A DNA stretch of 64,000 nucleotides from Microgenomates group bacterium (GTDB lineage Bacteria > Patescibacteriota > Microgenomatia > UBA12405): contig JBAQNJ010000001.1 in assembly GCA_049303675.1 (NCBI GenBank), positions 344,711 to 408,710 of the forward strand. Direction: 5' to 3'. The notes under the pieces were generated by a model. The model made no database searches and was not told the DNA's origin. It saw only the letters and a program-made list of their open reading frames with translations. Positions 25,359-35,592 of this stretch are shown here, one piece after another. Position numbers and translations under genes: made by a program. The first letter of the stretch is position 1. Each line of letters opens with the position of its first letter.

Positions 25359-25690
25359 TCCCCTGTAGCTCAATGGTAGAGTGCCCGCCTGTTCCTTATC
25401 GAGCAGCTTTTTATCGTAAGGTAGATCGAATAATTGGGAGAATTGCGTGAAACCTAACTTTTGAAGTAATTCAAAACATGGCAACCCGCAGCCGCGCTTT
25501 TGTCAAGACAATGGAGGGCTTTGCCACTCCGAAGCCTTGGCGAAGGAGGGTTCAGAGACTAGGTGATTACACCCTAGAGCACCCAAATCCCGATGAAATA
25601 TCGGGATATGATATAGTCCAAGCCTCATAGAAATTTGAGGGTTACTTGTAAGCGGTTGGTTCGTGGTCCGAGTCCACGCGGGGGAGCCAT
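25359..25690 (+). tRNA. tRNA-Asn(GTT) interrupted by a group I intron (exons 25359-25392 and 25650-25690, CCA encoded)
   Basis: 5' half TCCCCTG-TA-GCTC-AATGGTA-GAGT-G-CCCGC-CTGT; 3' half TAA-GCGGT-TGGTT-CGTGG-TCCGAGT-CCACG-CGGGGGA-G-CCA. Spliced anticodon loop CUGUUAA. Acceptor and discriminator G resemble bacterial tRNA-Asn. Confidence 0.7.
25393..25649 (+). ncRNA. group I self-splicing intron (257 nt) in the tRNA anticodon loop
   Basis: 5' exon ends in U and the intron ends in G. P7-like strands GUUCAGAGACUAG ... AUAUAGUCCAAGCC resemble cyanobacterial tRNA-Leu introns. Candidate internal guide sequence GAGCAGC pairs with the exon end CUGU. Confidence 0.65.
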
Positions 25691-25770
25691 CATCACTTTG
25701 ATAAACCCTATAATATTGACAAATCACCAGTTTATAGCTAAAATACCTCAGTTAATACCTAGTCTCAACT

Positions 25771-26100
25771 ATGTTTGTTTCACTTGAAGAAATTGATAGA
25801 CGACCATCACGCCATCTTCTGGAACCCATTCTAGGGGAAAGTATCGACCATTTTGATTCGCCCCGCGCTGTTGCCAAGTTAGTAAACAATCCTGCATTTT
25901 ACAACTTGGTTGCCCAAGAATATAAGGCATTGAAACCATTGAGGCAAGGTAATTTTAGTAAACGTTTGTTTAATAATTATCAAGGAATTGAAGAGCTTAT
26001 CCAGCAACTCCCCATAGTTAAGGAAACAGAGGTGCGAGGTGGAGCAATAGCGGCTGCCACGGCCGTCGTTTTTCAGGATATAGAAACTGGAGGTAGATAA
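25771..26100 (+). CDS. hypothetical protein
   Basis: 109 aa ORF. Confidence 0.3.
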   Translation: MFVSLEEIDRRPSRHLLEPILGESIDHFDSPRAVAKLVNNPAFYNLVAQEYKALKPLRQGNFSKRLFNNYQGIEELIQQLPIVKETEVRGGAIAAATAVVFQDIETGGR

Positions 26101-26285
26101 TTGGAAAACTTAGTATAAATGTCTGCCCTGATTTTGCCGATGTTATCACTCAATGAATTGACGAAGTCAAGGTCCACTAGTCCTGAGGTAATCGAAGGAC
26201 GCGGGGAGCAACTTTTTTCAGGCATAAAATCTATTCAAATAACACCTTACCCCGAAAAGGATTCGGACTGCTGATAAAATTTAGT

Positions 26286-26849
26286 ATGACTAAATTAATA
26301 TACATAACTCACCCTTCAGTTGAATTAGATAGGAATAAACTGCCCCATCAATGGGGGCTTTCGGAAAAAGGATTTGAACAGACAAAATTACTTATAGAAA
26401 AGCCATTTTGGCATGAAGTTAATGTGATTTATTCAAGTGCTGAGCCAAAAGCTACTCAAGTAGCCAATCTTGCGTCAGATAAATATCATTTGCCCTGGTT
26501 TATAGAAAAAGATCTTGGAGAAGCAGATCGTACCACTACCCCTTTTTTGCAACCAGACGAATATATGGATGAAGTTCAGAAAGCCTATCTTCATCCAGAT
26601 ATGAATATCAGAGGATGGGAAAGTCATCATCAAATGATGAAAAGAAATGCTGCAGTTTTAGAAAAAATTAAGAACGATAATCCCGAAAAGACAATCGTGA
26701 TCGTGGGTCATGGAGGAGCGGGGACAACAGTTAAATGTACAATTAAGGGAATCGAACCAAGTTTCGATGAAGACCCAAAACAAACTGGCTGCATTTTTAT
26801 TGCTGACTTAGATACAAATACAATTATTCAAGACTGGGTGAGATATTAG
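26286..26849 (+). CDS. possible histidine-phosphatase-superfamily protein
   Basis: IVGHGGAG near the C-terminus; N-terminal ITHPSVE where RHG would normally sit. Confidence 0.3.
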   Translation: MTKLIYITHPSVELDRNKLPHQWGLSEKGFEQTKLLIEKPFWHEVNVIYSSAEPKATQVANLASDKYHLPWFIEKDLGEADRTTTPFLQPDEYMDEVQKAYLHPDMNIRGWESHHQMMKRNAAVLEKIKNDNPEKTIVIVGHGGAGTTVKCTIKGIEPSFDEDPKQTGCIFIADLDTNTIIQDWVRY

Positions 26850-26920
26850 ATGAAATAATCCTAAACTCATTCCATTCATCGAGCATCTTTGGGATAGACT
26901 GGGTATAATGAATTACTACT

Positions 26921-27556
26921 ATGTTGAGTTCAACTTTTGACAATATTCATTCTGGCGATCTACGAAAACTGTCAAAAATGGAAACTGTTCAGGAGGTTGC
27001 CCAATACTTTCCAGAAGGCAGTGAGATTACTCCGGTAACCGAGGGCATGGAAAATGAATATCGTGTTTCTGGAGTTTTAAAATCAGGTGCCATCGAAGGC
27101 GGCCAAACTTTTTCAATGAAATTAACCTCTATGGATATTGATGTCGGCAGTCAGTATGCCCACCCTGTCTGGGTAATGCAGGAAATTATTGTTTGTGGTG
27201 TCGATATCTCAGCTGAGCTAGTAGTTCCGGCATATATCTCCAGACGCTATCTCCCACCAGTAGAGCCCGAGAATCTTGCCACTTACGATCAGATGATGTC
27301 AAACGTTTCAGCCTTTACCCTTACCGATCTCGGTCAAATCCATATGCCTGAATTCTCAACTGCCGACAATTTTTTTGGCTTGCTACATGAGAATGGTCAC
27401 AATAAATCAATCCCTTTTTTAAGACCGGGAGAGTATCGTGAAATTAGCGTATTTCATCAGCTAATCAACAGAATCATGTCATCATCTGACCCAGTTGGCG
27501 CAGCCCAAACTGTTTTTAGCAACGCAGTCAGGAGTGGGGGCATCTCGAAGGATTGA
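26921..27556 (+). CDS. hypothetical protein
   Basis: 211 aa ORF. Confidence 0.35.
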   Translation: MLSSTFDNIHSGDLRKLSKMETVQEVAQYFPEGSEITPVTEGMENEYRVSGVLKSGAIEGGQTFSMKLTSMDIDVGSQYAHPVWVMQEIIVCGVDISAELVVPAYISRRYLPPVEPENLATYDQMMSNVSAFTLTDLGQIHMPEFSTADNFFGLLHENGHNKSIPFLRPGEYREISVFHQLINRIMSSSDPVGAAQTVFSNAVRSGGISKD

Positions 27557-27792
27557 GAGAATTGGCCCAATCAGATTACTTTTGGGAAATGATTTCCAGC
27601 CAATATGCTCTTGACTTTGTTGCCGACCGTCCCGAAGCAAAGTGGTTTACCACCGACACTGATCTATATCGTGTAAAAAATTTTCTAAATACCATGATAC
27701 TTAGCTACCATAACTTATTTAATCAAGTTTTTGGTGTCGGCACTATTCCATCTGAGACAGTCAACTTTCAACCCACCCCTTCCGATCCATAA
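27553..27792 (+). CDS. hypothetical protein
   Basis: 79 aa ORF overlapping the previous stop. Confidence 0.3.
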   Translation: MRELAQSDYFWEMISSQYALDFVADRPEAKWFTTDTDLYRVKNFLNTMILSYHNLFNQVFGVGTIPSETVNFQPTPSDP

Positions 27793-27855
27793 TCTCTGTA
27801 GTACAAATTCGTTCGTTATATGAGCAAATCAGCCTATAATGTGATATAATCGTTA

Positions 27856-28332
27856 ATGCCTCAAAAGCTAGTACTTCATCCTTCAGAATCCGGAAAGCCG
27901 GTACCACCACTCAAAGAGTTTCAATCATTTATAAAAGTTAGTAGCGCCAAAACTAGACAAGCGCTTACAGATACATTAGAAGAGCTACATACGCTCACCT
28001 CGGAAGTCTGGCGTCCGGGCGCATGTTATGCCGCCGAACACATTCAAGCACAAGTTGAAAAAGCTAAACGTGAGGGGAGGCTGACTGGAGCAGAAATCTC
28101 GGTTAGAAGTTTTGCTGGTGGAGCTCACTATCACTTGGTTGCGGAAGTTGAAGGTCAAGAGTTAGTCGTCGATCCGTTTGGAGTCCCGACACCAGGAAAA
28201 GATTATCACATAGAACCTAGAACCATTACCCCGTTTTTTGGAGAGGCCGAGTCCGCTCCAGAACATCACAGACGTATCTATGAGAAAAGTGAATCCCTAG
28301 GGGATCGGGGATTCAGACGGTTTTCACCATAG
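27856..28332 (+). CDS. hypothetical protein
   Basis: 158 aa ORF; higher GC than surrounding core genes. Confidence 0.35.
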   Translation: MPQKLVLHPSESGKPVPPLKEFQSFIKVSSAKTRQALTDTLEELHTLTSEVWRPGACYAAEHIQAQVEKAKREGRLTGAEISVRSFAGGAHYHLVAEVEGQELVVDPFGVPTPGKDYHIEPRTITPFFGEAESAPEHHRRIYEKSESLGDRGFRRFSP

Positions 28333-28384
28333 TAAGAACTGAAAATGTTCTGAAATCACTCAATCAGCCAGCAGAAGCTTCAAC

Positions 28385-28768
28385 ATGGTGCCACAATGCA
28401 ACAAGACATTTATTGAGGTATATTTAGTTATGGATTTACCCGTATTGGCTTTTTCAATTTTAGGTTTGTTTATCATTTGTATTTTTGCCTATCAAATGTG
28501 GAGCAAAAAAGGGCGAAGGCAGACTATAGAAATGATAACTGGTCTAAAAGTTGTTGGCGAAGTCGCTGAATTACCCTCAAATGAATTTAGTCCTCGATTT
28601 GGTTTGCGTGTTCATCAAGATCTTAGGTTATACAAGTGTAAAGAAGGGGACAATCTGGTGTATATTCTCGAGAATACCCAAAGGGCACTTGGCGGAATTT
28701 CTCGGAATTTTATAAAATTATCATCCGAGTCAATTGATCGAATCAACCAATTCAAAAATCGTGCATAG
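28385..28768 (+). CDS. hypothetical membrane-anchored protein
   Basis: 127 aa ORF with an N-terminal TM helix. Confidence 0.3.
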   Translation: MVPQCNKTFIEVYLVMDLPVLAFSILGLFIICIFAYQMWSKKGRRQTIEMITGLKVVGEVAELPSNEFSPRFGLRVHQDLRLYKCKEGDNLVYILENTQRALGGISRNFIKLSSESIDRINQFKNRA

Positions 28769-29548
28769 TTTTGGGATTGTCTGAATAGTAGAACCAATTA
28801 TGCGGGAGATTCGTTAATAATTTGAAATTATTTTTCCGCACACAAATATTCAAATTCCATTTGTTGGGTTGCTTCGTTGACTTTATTGTTTATCTTAAAT
28901 TTGCATCTATTTTCTTTGCCATTTTTTAGACTCATGCAGCCAGTGTAGCCATCTTTGTTGGAAAATTGCGAGCATCCTCCTGTCGATCCAGTCTTAGACT
29001 TTGAAAAAATAAAGGCAATTCCCAAAATAACCAATACCATTACACTCACTATTATAATTTTTTTCATATTTATTAATAATAACAAATTTAAAAAGATCAT
29101 ATATACAACCACTACAACTAAGTGTATTATTACCACAATGACAAGTATTTCAAAACAACGGGTAACCCTCTTTTTAAATCCAAAGCTTCTAATTCATGCC
29201 AAGGCACAGGCAGTTATCGAAGATTCCACTCTCACCATTCTAGTTGAAAAAGCTCTGGTCGACTATCTCCCTGACGAGATAATTGTCAAAAAACCAAAAA
29301 TCTGAGTGTAATTCTTTTATAAGTTTAAGTGAGTGATTAAGTGTATGACTACTGTTATTAACAGTCCTCCATCTTCGGAAAACAACAATCTCGGTATGTT
29401 TGTTGGCATTTTTATTTTTTTAGTTCTCGGACTAGTCTTTTATTATTTTGGTCTTCCAGCGTTAAAACAAATGAGGCAAATCAGTGCTCCTCAAATTGTT
29501 ATTCCCAATCAGATCGACGTTAATATTAAGCAAACACCTTAAGAATAT

Positions 29549-29887
29549 ATGAAAGAAATAATTACCACCCCAGTTCGCTCTGGTGCCACCAACAATGAAA
29601 CCGGCGAATATTTAATCTATTTTTTCTTTGGTCTCTTAGAATCACTCTTAGCCTTCAGGCTACTCCTCAAACTAGCCGGAGCCAGTGTCTCTAGTGGTTT
29701 TGTCCGGTTTATTTATGGTATTACCGGTATTTTTACCTTACCTTTTCAGGGTATGTTCCGTCAGGCATCTGTCTCTACTTCCGTTTTTGAGCCAGCTACA
29801 TTAGTGGCCATTTTTGTTTATATATTAATCGCTTGGGGGATTGTCAGACTAATTCGCATTTCCTCAGGTGAACAACAGGAGTCATAA
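29549..29887 (+). CDS. YggT-family membrane protein
   Basis: FRLLLKLAGAS...FIYGITGIFTLPFQ pattern typical of YggT. Confidence 0.5.
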   Translation: MKEIITTPVRSGATNNETGEYLIYFFFGLLESLLAFRLLLKLAGASVSSGFVRFIYGITGIFTLPFQGMFRQASVSTSVFEPATLVAIFVYILIAWGIVRLIRISSGEQQES

Positions 29888-30033
29888 TATGAATATTTCC
29901 TTTTCCTCTCTCAGTCCTCTGTCAGCCCTAGTTTTTGGAATTCTAATTTTAGTCTTTCCTAGAATCATCAATTATCTCATCGCCGCTTATCTCATTATCA
30001 CTGGACTCATTGGTCTAGGGATTTTAAAATAAT

Positions 30034-30378
30034 ATGTTGCTACTTATTTTCCTCTTGATTATTGGCTCGGGACTAGTCTATATTTCAAAATTCAATTTCA
30101 TGTTAGTTTCCGTAAATTTTGGTTCATTTGTTGTTTACGACATTCCTCTTTTTTATGTTATTGTTGGCTCGATTCTGTTTGGACTTGTTCTCTCTTATTT
30201 AGTTCATCTAGTCAATTCTGTTTCCACCAATCTCACTCTCCGTGGTAAAAATAACCAGATCAAAAAAGAAAAAGAAGAAGTCCTAGAATTGACCAAGCGA
30301 GTTCATCAGTTAGAGTTAGAAAACGAAAAAATTAAGCACGAACCAGTTGTCGAGAATGACGACCAAAACGCCCTGTGA
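30034..30378 (+). CDS. hypothetical membrane protein with coiled-coil tail
   Basis: 114 aa ORF. Confidence 0.3.
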   Translation: MLLLIFLLIIGSGLVYISKFNFMLVSVNFGSFVVYDIPLFYVIVGSILFGLVLSYLVHLVNSVSTNLTLRGKNNQIKKEKEEVLELTKRVHQLELENEKIKHEPVVENDDQNAL

Positions 30379-30833
30379 AAAACATCTTAGCCAAAATTTA
30401 CCATGCTCTCAATCTCTCCAAGGGTACCCAGCTTTTGGCCATGCGTTTTTTACAAGATAAATTTTTAGTCGGGGTCACCGGTATTATTCAAAATGAGCAA
30501 CAGGAAATCTTGTTGTTCAAACACACCTATCGCTCTCATTCATGGAGCCTCCCCGGTGGCTATCTCAAAGCCGGTGAGCATCCCCGCGAGGGCCTCGAAA
30601 GAGAAATAAAAGAAGAATCAGGTTTGGTCGTCTCAGTGGACGAAAATCTCAAAATTCGCACCGATCGTGATACCGCCCGTTTGGACATTTGCTACACCGG
30701 AGTCCTAATTGGCGGCGATTTTACCCCCACCCACGAGGTCTCTGAATTTGGTTTTTTCAATTTAGACAATCTGCCTCTCCTTCGTCAAAACCAACTATTT
30801 CTCATCGATCTCGCCACCAAAGCCACGTTATGA
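30375..30833 (+). CDS. NUDIX hydrolase
   Basis: Nudix box GGYLKAGEHPREGLEREIKEESGL. Confidence 0.7.
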   Translation: MKNILAKIYHALNLSKGTQLLAMRFLQDKFLVGVTGIIQNEQQEILLFKHTYRSHSWSLPGGYLKAGEHPREGLEREIKEESGLVVSVDENLKIRTDRDTARLDICYTGVLIGGDFTPTHEVSEFGFFNLDNLPLLRQNQLFLIDLATKATL

Positions 30834-30865
30834 TGAAGAAGTGGTGGTTGTAAATTGATTGTCAT

Positions 30866-31735
30866 TTGACATTAATCCGGCTGTCAACTACTATCATGTA
30901 CATGGAAGGATCACAAATTTCAAAAATATTTTCTCTCAAAAATATTCTAATTATTATCATCGTTATAATTTTATTTGTTTTTGTACTTTTTATTATTTAC
31001 AATCAAAATAAATCCAAAAAATTAACATCTCTTTCAATCACTCCCACCCCCGAAAAATTAGTCGTGGTTAGTCCCTCGCCCCCTCCTACAGATACTATAG
31101 CTCCCACTGCGACAATCACTCCTCGACCTACCTCCACTCCCAAGCCCACCTCAACCCCCAATCCAACCGCCACCATTACCCCCAGCCCTACCATCACTCC
31201 CACCCCCACTCCCACTGTGGTGATAACCAATTTAACTCTCAACTCTACCGCCACACTTGATGGCTGGAGATCGAGTAATGGTGGATCAAATTGGGATTAT
31301 CCTTATGTTCAGGCAGGTCACAACGCCACTCTAACCAGTCGTGGATTTGTTAGTTTTGATATCACCTCAATTCCTGTCACTGCCACTATCGATTCAGTGA
31401 CCTTACGCTTGTATCAGGTATCAGTTGTGGGCACTCCTTATACATCATCTTTAATTATTGACCATGTTAATTATGGTACCAGCACATCTGCCACTCCCTA
31501 CGATGGTTCACCACTTAGTACCAACATTGGCACTTTTTCAGAAAACTCCACCCTTGAGTGGAAAGAATCGGTAGTTACCAACAGTGTCAAGGATGACCGG
31601 ACTAGCAGTCGCACCCATGCCCAATTTGGTCTCCATTTTGCCACCGAATCAGCCGGTGGTGCCGATGCTTGGGTACAATTTACTTCGGCCAATGGTTCGG
31701 GAAATATTCCCCAACTTGTCATTCGCTATCATTAA
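30866..31735 (+). CDS. secreted/anchored protein with Pro/Thr-rich linker
   Basis: N-terminal TM/signal, PTxTPxP repeats, Thr/Ser-rich C-terminal domain. Confidence 0.4.
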   Translation: MTLIRLSTTIMYMEGSQISKIFSLKNILIIIIVIILFVFVLFIIYNQNKSKKLTSLSITPTPEKLVVVSPSPPPTDTIAPTATITPRPTSTPKPTSTPNPTATITPSPTITPTPTPTVVITNLTLNSTATLDGWRSSNGGSNWDYPYVQAGHNATLTSRGFVSFDITSIPVTATIDSVTLRLYQVSVVGTPYTSSLIIDHVNYGTSTSATPYDGSPLSTNIGTFSENSTLEWKESVVTNSVKDDRTSSRTHAQFGLHFATESAGGADAWVQFTSANGSGNIPQLVIRYH

Positions 31736-31784
31736 TAAAAATTTACCATAGCGTAAATTATTTCAACCCCTGTCTATTTATTCC

Positions 31785-32006
31785 CTACTTTATAGTTGGC
31801 GAGTCATCAGGATAATTCTTATTTTTTATTTTAAATATTTCCCGCCATGGTTTTTTACGGTCTATCACCAGTTTCCAGCCCAGCAATTCCAGTCCCAATG
31901 GAATAAACCATACCCCTGGTAATACCGGCAATATCATCCCCAAAATACCCAAGATAATTAATAAAATACCCACTCCTCTTTTGACCCTAGCCATATATTT
32001 TTCCAC
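31785..32006 (-). CDS. YbaN/DUF454-like small inner-membrane protein
   Basis: 73 aa; GILLIILGILGMILPVLPGVWFIPLGLELLG. Confidence 0.35.
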   Translation of the reverse strand: MEKYMARVKRGVGILLIILGILGMILPVLPGVWFIPLGLELLGWKLVIDRKKPWREIFKIKNKNYPDDSPTIK

Positions 32007-32596
32007 TCCTCTATTTTACTCTCAAAAGAATATTTTGTTTCACTCAAAACTCATTATTGCCAATTTAAAAATAAATATATTCGACATTCATAGTAGAGGA
32101 TTCTAAGCTCAATTCGCATCTAGCATATATTTGTATTATCATATAAATATATGAAGCCAGAAAAACCAAGCTCTGATTGTTGCTCCACGAGTCAGCATTT
32201 TCACAAACATCATTCCTCAGGCGCCTCCAACACTATTTATGCCCTCGGCGTAATCGGGGCTCTCTTTTATTTTCTCCAACACGCCACCACTTTTTCTCTA
32301 GTTATGATTGGCATCGGCAAATCAATTTTTTGGCCCGCCATTTTGATGTTCAAACTCCTCACATTTTTGCAAATGTAGATGATGGTACCGGAGAATCCGA
32401 GAATGCTTGACATGGCCTACAGACCAAAAAAGAATCAGCCGACCCATTAGTTCCCTATCCATTTCTCAATTCGAGGAAATATTTTTTGCACCAAGATTTG
32501 GCATACTCCTCCATGTTCGTCAAAATATTTTGCTAAAATCAAGCAATGAAAGTGAGGCATAGTCAGACGATTTTCTGGTTATACCCGACTAATTAA

Positions 32597-33781
32597 ATGA
32601 GAAACAATATCAAAATTGCCTACATCCTATCTTTTTTGAGTGAGCTGTATTTTCCTATTTCTATTTGGATTTTTTATTATTTGAATTATTTGGATTTCAA
32701 GCAAATAGGTATACTCACGGCTGTCAAGTTGGTTTCGTCCAATATATTTGAAATACCTACAGGAGTATTTGCCGACATAGTCGGTCGAAAAACCTCAATT
32801 GTAATTTCATTCTCTTTGTACAGTTTGGTTATGTTTGGTTTTGCCAACATATCAGTGTTTTGGATGTTTATTGTCCTAGATATACTCAAGGCCATCAGCA
32901 ATGCATTTTTTTCAGGAAGCTTAGAAGCATTGGTCTACGACTCTTTAATAGAAAGTGGAGAAGTAGAGAATTACGACAAAGTTATCTCCAATATGGAATC
33001 GGTATCATGGACAGGATTATTTATCTCGTCCATTGCTGGAGGTTATATGTATTTCTATTGGTTTCGCTCACCATATATTTTTCAGGGTGTTTTGTATTTC
33101 ATAACTGCAATAATTGCTCTATGGTTAGTTGAGCCAAAAATTGACTCACAAAAACATAAATTTATTGAAGCAGTTAAATTAAACTTTGTCGGCTTTAAAG
33201 AATTGTTTGGTAATTTTCATGTATCTCAGATGTCTATTGTTTTTATTATTCTCGGAGCCGGCTATTTAATTGCCTCAGAACTGTTGGGAATTTCACAGGC
33301 TAGGGAATATGGTATAGATTCGCGCGGAGTTGGATTTTTGTTTGGTGCCGGTTTTATTATTTCTGCCATTGCTTCGCAGTTTTATCCTAGACTAAAAAAG
33401 TTATTGGGCACCAAAATGTTGCTATCAGTTACGGCTAGTATCTTAATATTGTCATTTTTGCTGGCAAAGTGGGTTGGTGTGTTATTCGGATCAATACTTA
33501 TAATTGCCAGAATTTCCAGCTCGACAACTTTTAGAAATACCCGATCAAGTGTTATCAATAGTCTCATTGGATCCAAAAATCGGGCCACGACGCTGTCAAC
33601 ACTGGCCCTATTATCACAGTTACCTTTGGCCTTTATGGCCTATTTTATGGGTGATTATATCGACAACTCTTCTCCAAATTCATTAGCTTGGATATTGGGG
33701 ATAGTTATGGTTGTAGTTTTATTGGGACAGGCACTCTATTTTTACCGACAAAAGTCTAATTTTGCTAAAATCAAGTTATGA
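32597..33781 (+). CDS. MFS-type transporter
   Basis: 394 aa with about 12 TM segments. Confidence 0.5.
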   Translation: MRNNIKIAYILSFLSELYFPISIWIFYYLNYLDFKQIGILTAVKLVSSNIFEIPTGVFADIVGRKTSIVISFSLYSLVMFGFANISVFWMFIVLDILKAISNAFFSGSLEALVYDSLIESGEVENYDKVISNMESVSWTGLFISSIAGGYMYFYWFRSPYIFQGVLYFITAIIALWLVEPKIDSQKHKFIEAVKLNFVGFKELFGNFHVSQMSIVFIILGAGYLIASELLGISQAREYGIDSRGVGFLFGAGFIISAIASQFYPRLKKLLGTKMLLSVTASILILSFLLAKWVGVLFGSILIIARISSSTTFRNTRSSVINSLIGSKNRATTLSTLALLSQLPLAFMAYFMGDYIDNSSPNSLAWILGIVMVVVLLGQALYFYRQKSNFAKIKL

Positions 33782-34038
33782 ATAACGTAGGATTAGAAAA
33801 AAGAATAAAGTTGATTGAAAATCGGAACAAAAGAGTTGAAATTGACAAGGCGTGGGAGACAAGTCTGACTAGAAAAGTTTTGTTGATTATCTTTACCTAT
33901 TTCAGTATTGGATTGTACATGAAGGCCATCGGGGTCGATAACCCATGGTTAAACGCCATTATACCCTCACTTGGATTTTTATTATCAACTTTGAGTTTGC
34001 CATTCTTTAAGAAGATTTGGTTAAGTAAGCAAATATGA
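33778..34038 (+). CDS. hypothetical small membrane protein
   Basis: 86 aa ORF. Confidence 0.3.
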   Translation: MNNVGLEKRIKLIENRNKRVEIDKAWETSLTRKVLLIIFTYFSIGLYMKAIGVDNPWLNAIIPSLGFLLSTLSLPFFKKIWLSKQI

Positions 34039-34601
34039 AAAATCGTATTTTTGTAATACATGGTTGGGGAGGTGGGCCTGATAAAGATTGGATGCCATGG
34101 ATTACAAAAGTACTAGGTGACAAAGGTTTTGAAGTAATTACTCCTCAAATGCCCGACACCGATGTTCCAGTAATTGATGCATGGGTAAATAAACTAAACG
34201 AAATTATTGGTGATATTAGAGAAACGGATATTTTTATTGGTCATAGTATAGGTTGCCAAACAATTTTAAGATTTTTGGAAAAATTGCCTTCAGATAAAAA
34301 AATTGGTAAGGTAATTTTAGTGGCTCCGTGGTTTGAATTAACCAATCTTGAAAATAACCAAATGTGGCAAATTGCCAACCCGTGGATCAAGTCACAAATT
34401 GACTTTTCGGAGGTAGTGCACAAATCCCTTTCATTTGTCACTATATTTTCTGACAACGATAGTTGGGTGCCAATGGATATAAATGTCAAATTATTTAAAG
34501 AAAAATTAAATCCAGAGATAATTATTTTGAAAAACAAAGGTCATTTTACTGCTGACGAGGGAAGTACTAAACTGCCAGAATTATTAAATTTAATTATATG
34601 A
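34035..34601 (+). CDS. alpha/beta-hydrolase (YdeN/RBBP9-like serine hydrolase)
   Basis: Nucleophile elbow GHSIGC; 188 aa. Confidence 0.55.
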   Translation: MKNRIFVIHGWGGGPDKDWMPWITKVLGDKGFEVITPQMPDTDVPVIDAWVNKLNEIIGDIRETDIFIGHSIGCQTILRFLEKLPSDKKIGKVILVAPWFELTNLENNQMWQIANPWIKSQIDFSEVVHKSLSFVTIFSDNDSWVPMDINVKLFKEKLNPEIIILKNKGHFTADEGSTKLPELLNLII

Positions 34602-34689
34602 TAGTTCTCAATGTTTTCACCAATGAAAAGGGGGATACGGCAAGTAGTTTTCCGATATAATCAACCATCTTAATTAGTACACTTAATAG

Positions 34690-35499
34690 ATGTACCAAAG
34701 AAAAATTATTATTTTTGTCATAGTCATTTTATTAATTACCACTAGCGTTGTACTTTATCCACAGAGCAAAAATAGTGTCAAGTCGCCATTCACTTCGGGT
34801 AACGATATCTTAAGTTGGACGTTTGATGGCCAGTCTTGGCAGGCAAGGGGTAGTCCACCTCTCTGTCCAGATCCGCTAACCTTATCCTCACCTGTTGACC
34901 TCAGACAGGTGAGTGGAATTTTGTATCCGGGGCAGGAACGAGGTAATGATTACAAGCCGCATGGGGGTTTTCGGTTTGACAACAATATTAACAATCAGAT
35001 TGACGTTTATGCACCGATGGATGGGAGCCTTTTCAAAGCCGCTCGACATTTGGAATCTGGTGAGGTCCAGTATTCGCTATATTTTATTAATAACTGTGGC
35101 TTTATGTACAAGCTGGATCATTTACGGGAGTTAACGGCTAAATTTAATGAAATATTGGACAAAATCCCCATGGGTGTTGAGGGTGACAGTCGCACAACTG
35201 AAGTAAGCCCCGCAATTTTTGTTGCTCGGAGCCAACATATCGCAACAAAAGTTGGATTTGAATATTTCAAGGGCGGGTATAAAGACAAAAATATTTTTGT
35301 CGATTTTGGTTTATATGATCTAAGGAAAACAAATGGCGTAAATTATGATTCCGCATTCCGAGCCAAACATCCAAATATCAATGAATATGGCACCTCTGCT
35401 GTTTGTTGGTTTGATTATCTTTCCAGCGAAGATGAGGCGATTGTCAGAAGTCTCCCTGCCACCGGAAATAGTGGAAAAACAAGTGATTATTGCCAGTAG
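34690..35499 (+). CDS. secreted hypothetical protein
   Basis: N-terminal signal/TM segment; 269 aa. Confidence 0.35.
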   Translation: MYQRKIIIFVIVILLITTSVVLYPQSKNSVKSPFTSGNDILSWTFDGQSWQARGSPPLCPDPLTLSSPVDLRQVSGILYPGQERGNDYKPHGGFRFDNNINNQIDVYAPMDGSLFKAARHLESGEVQYSLYFINNCGFMYKLDHLRELTAKFNEILDKIPMGVEGDSRTTEVSPAIFVARSQHIATKVGFEYFKGGYKDKNIFVDFGLYDLRKTNGVNYDSAFRAKHPNINEYGTSAVCWFDYLSSEDEAIVRSLPATGNSGKTSDYCQ

Positions 35500-35592
35500 T
35501 CGGTCTGCATGATTCTAGCAATTTAGTAATCAGTTGATATAACTCCTATCATATCAGTAGCAGTTCGTACAAAATAATTGTAAAATCATTTT

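Noticed and set aside
25503-25727. 74-aa minus-strand ORF
   Set aside because: Falls inside the group I intron and tRNA-Asn 3' exon; explained by the RNA gene.
31003-31254. 83-aa minus-strand Gly/Val-rich ORF
   Set aside because: Antisense to the Pro/Thr repeat region of 30866-31735; a repeat artefact.
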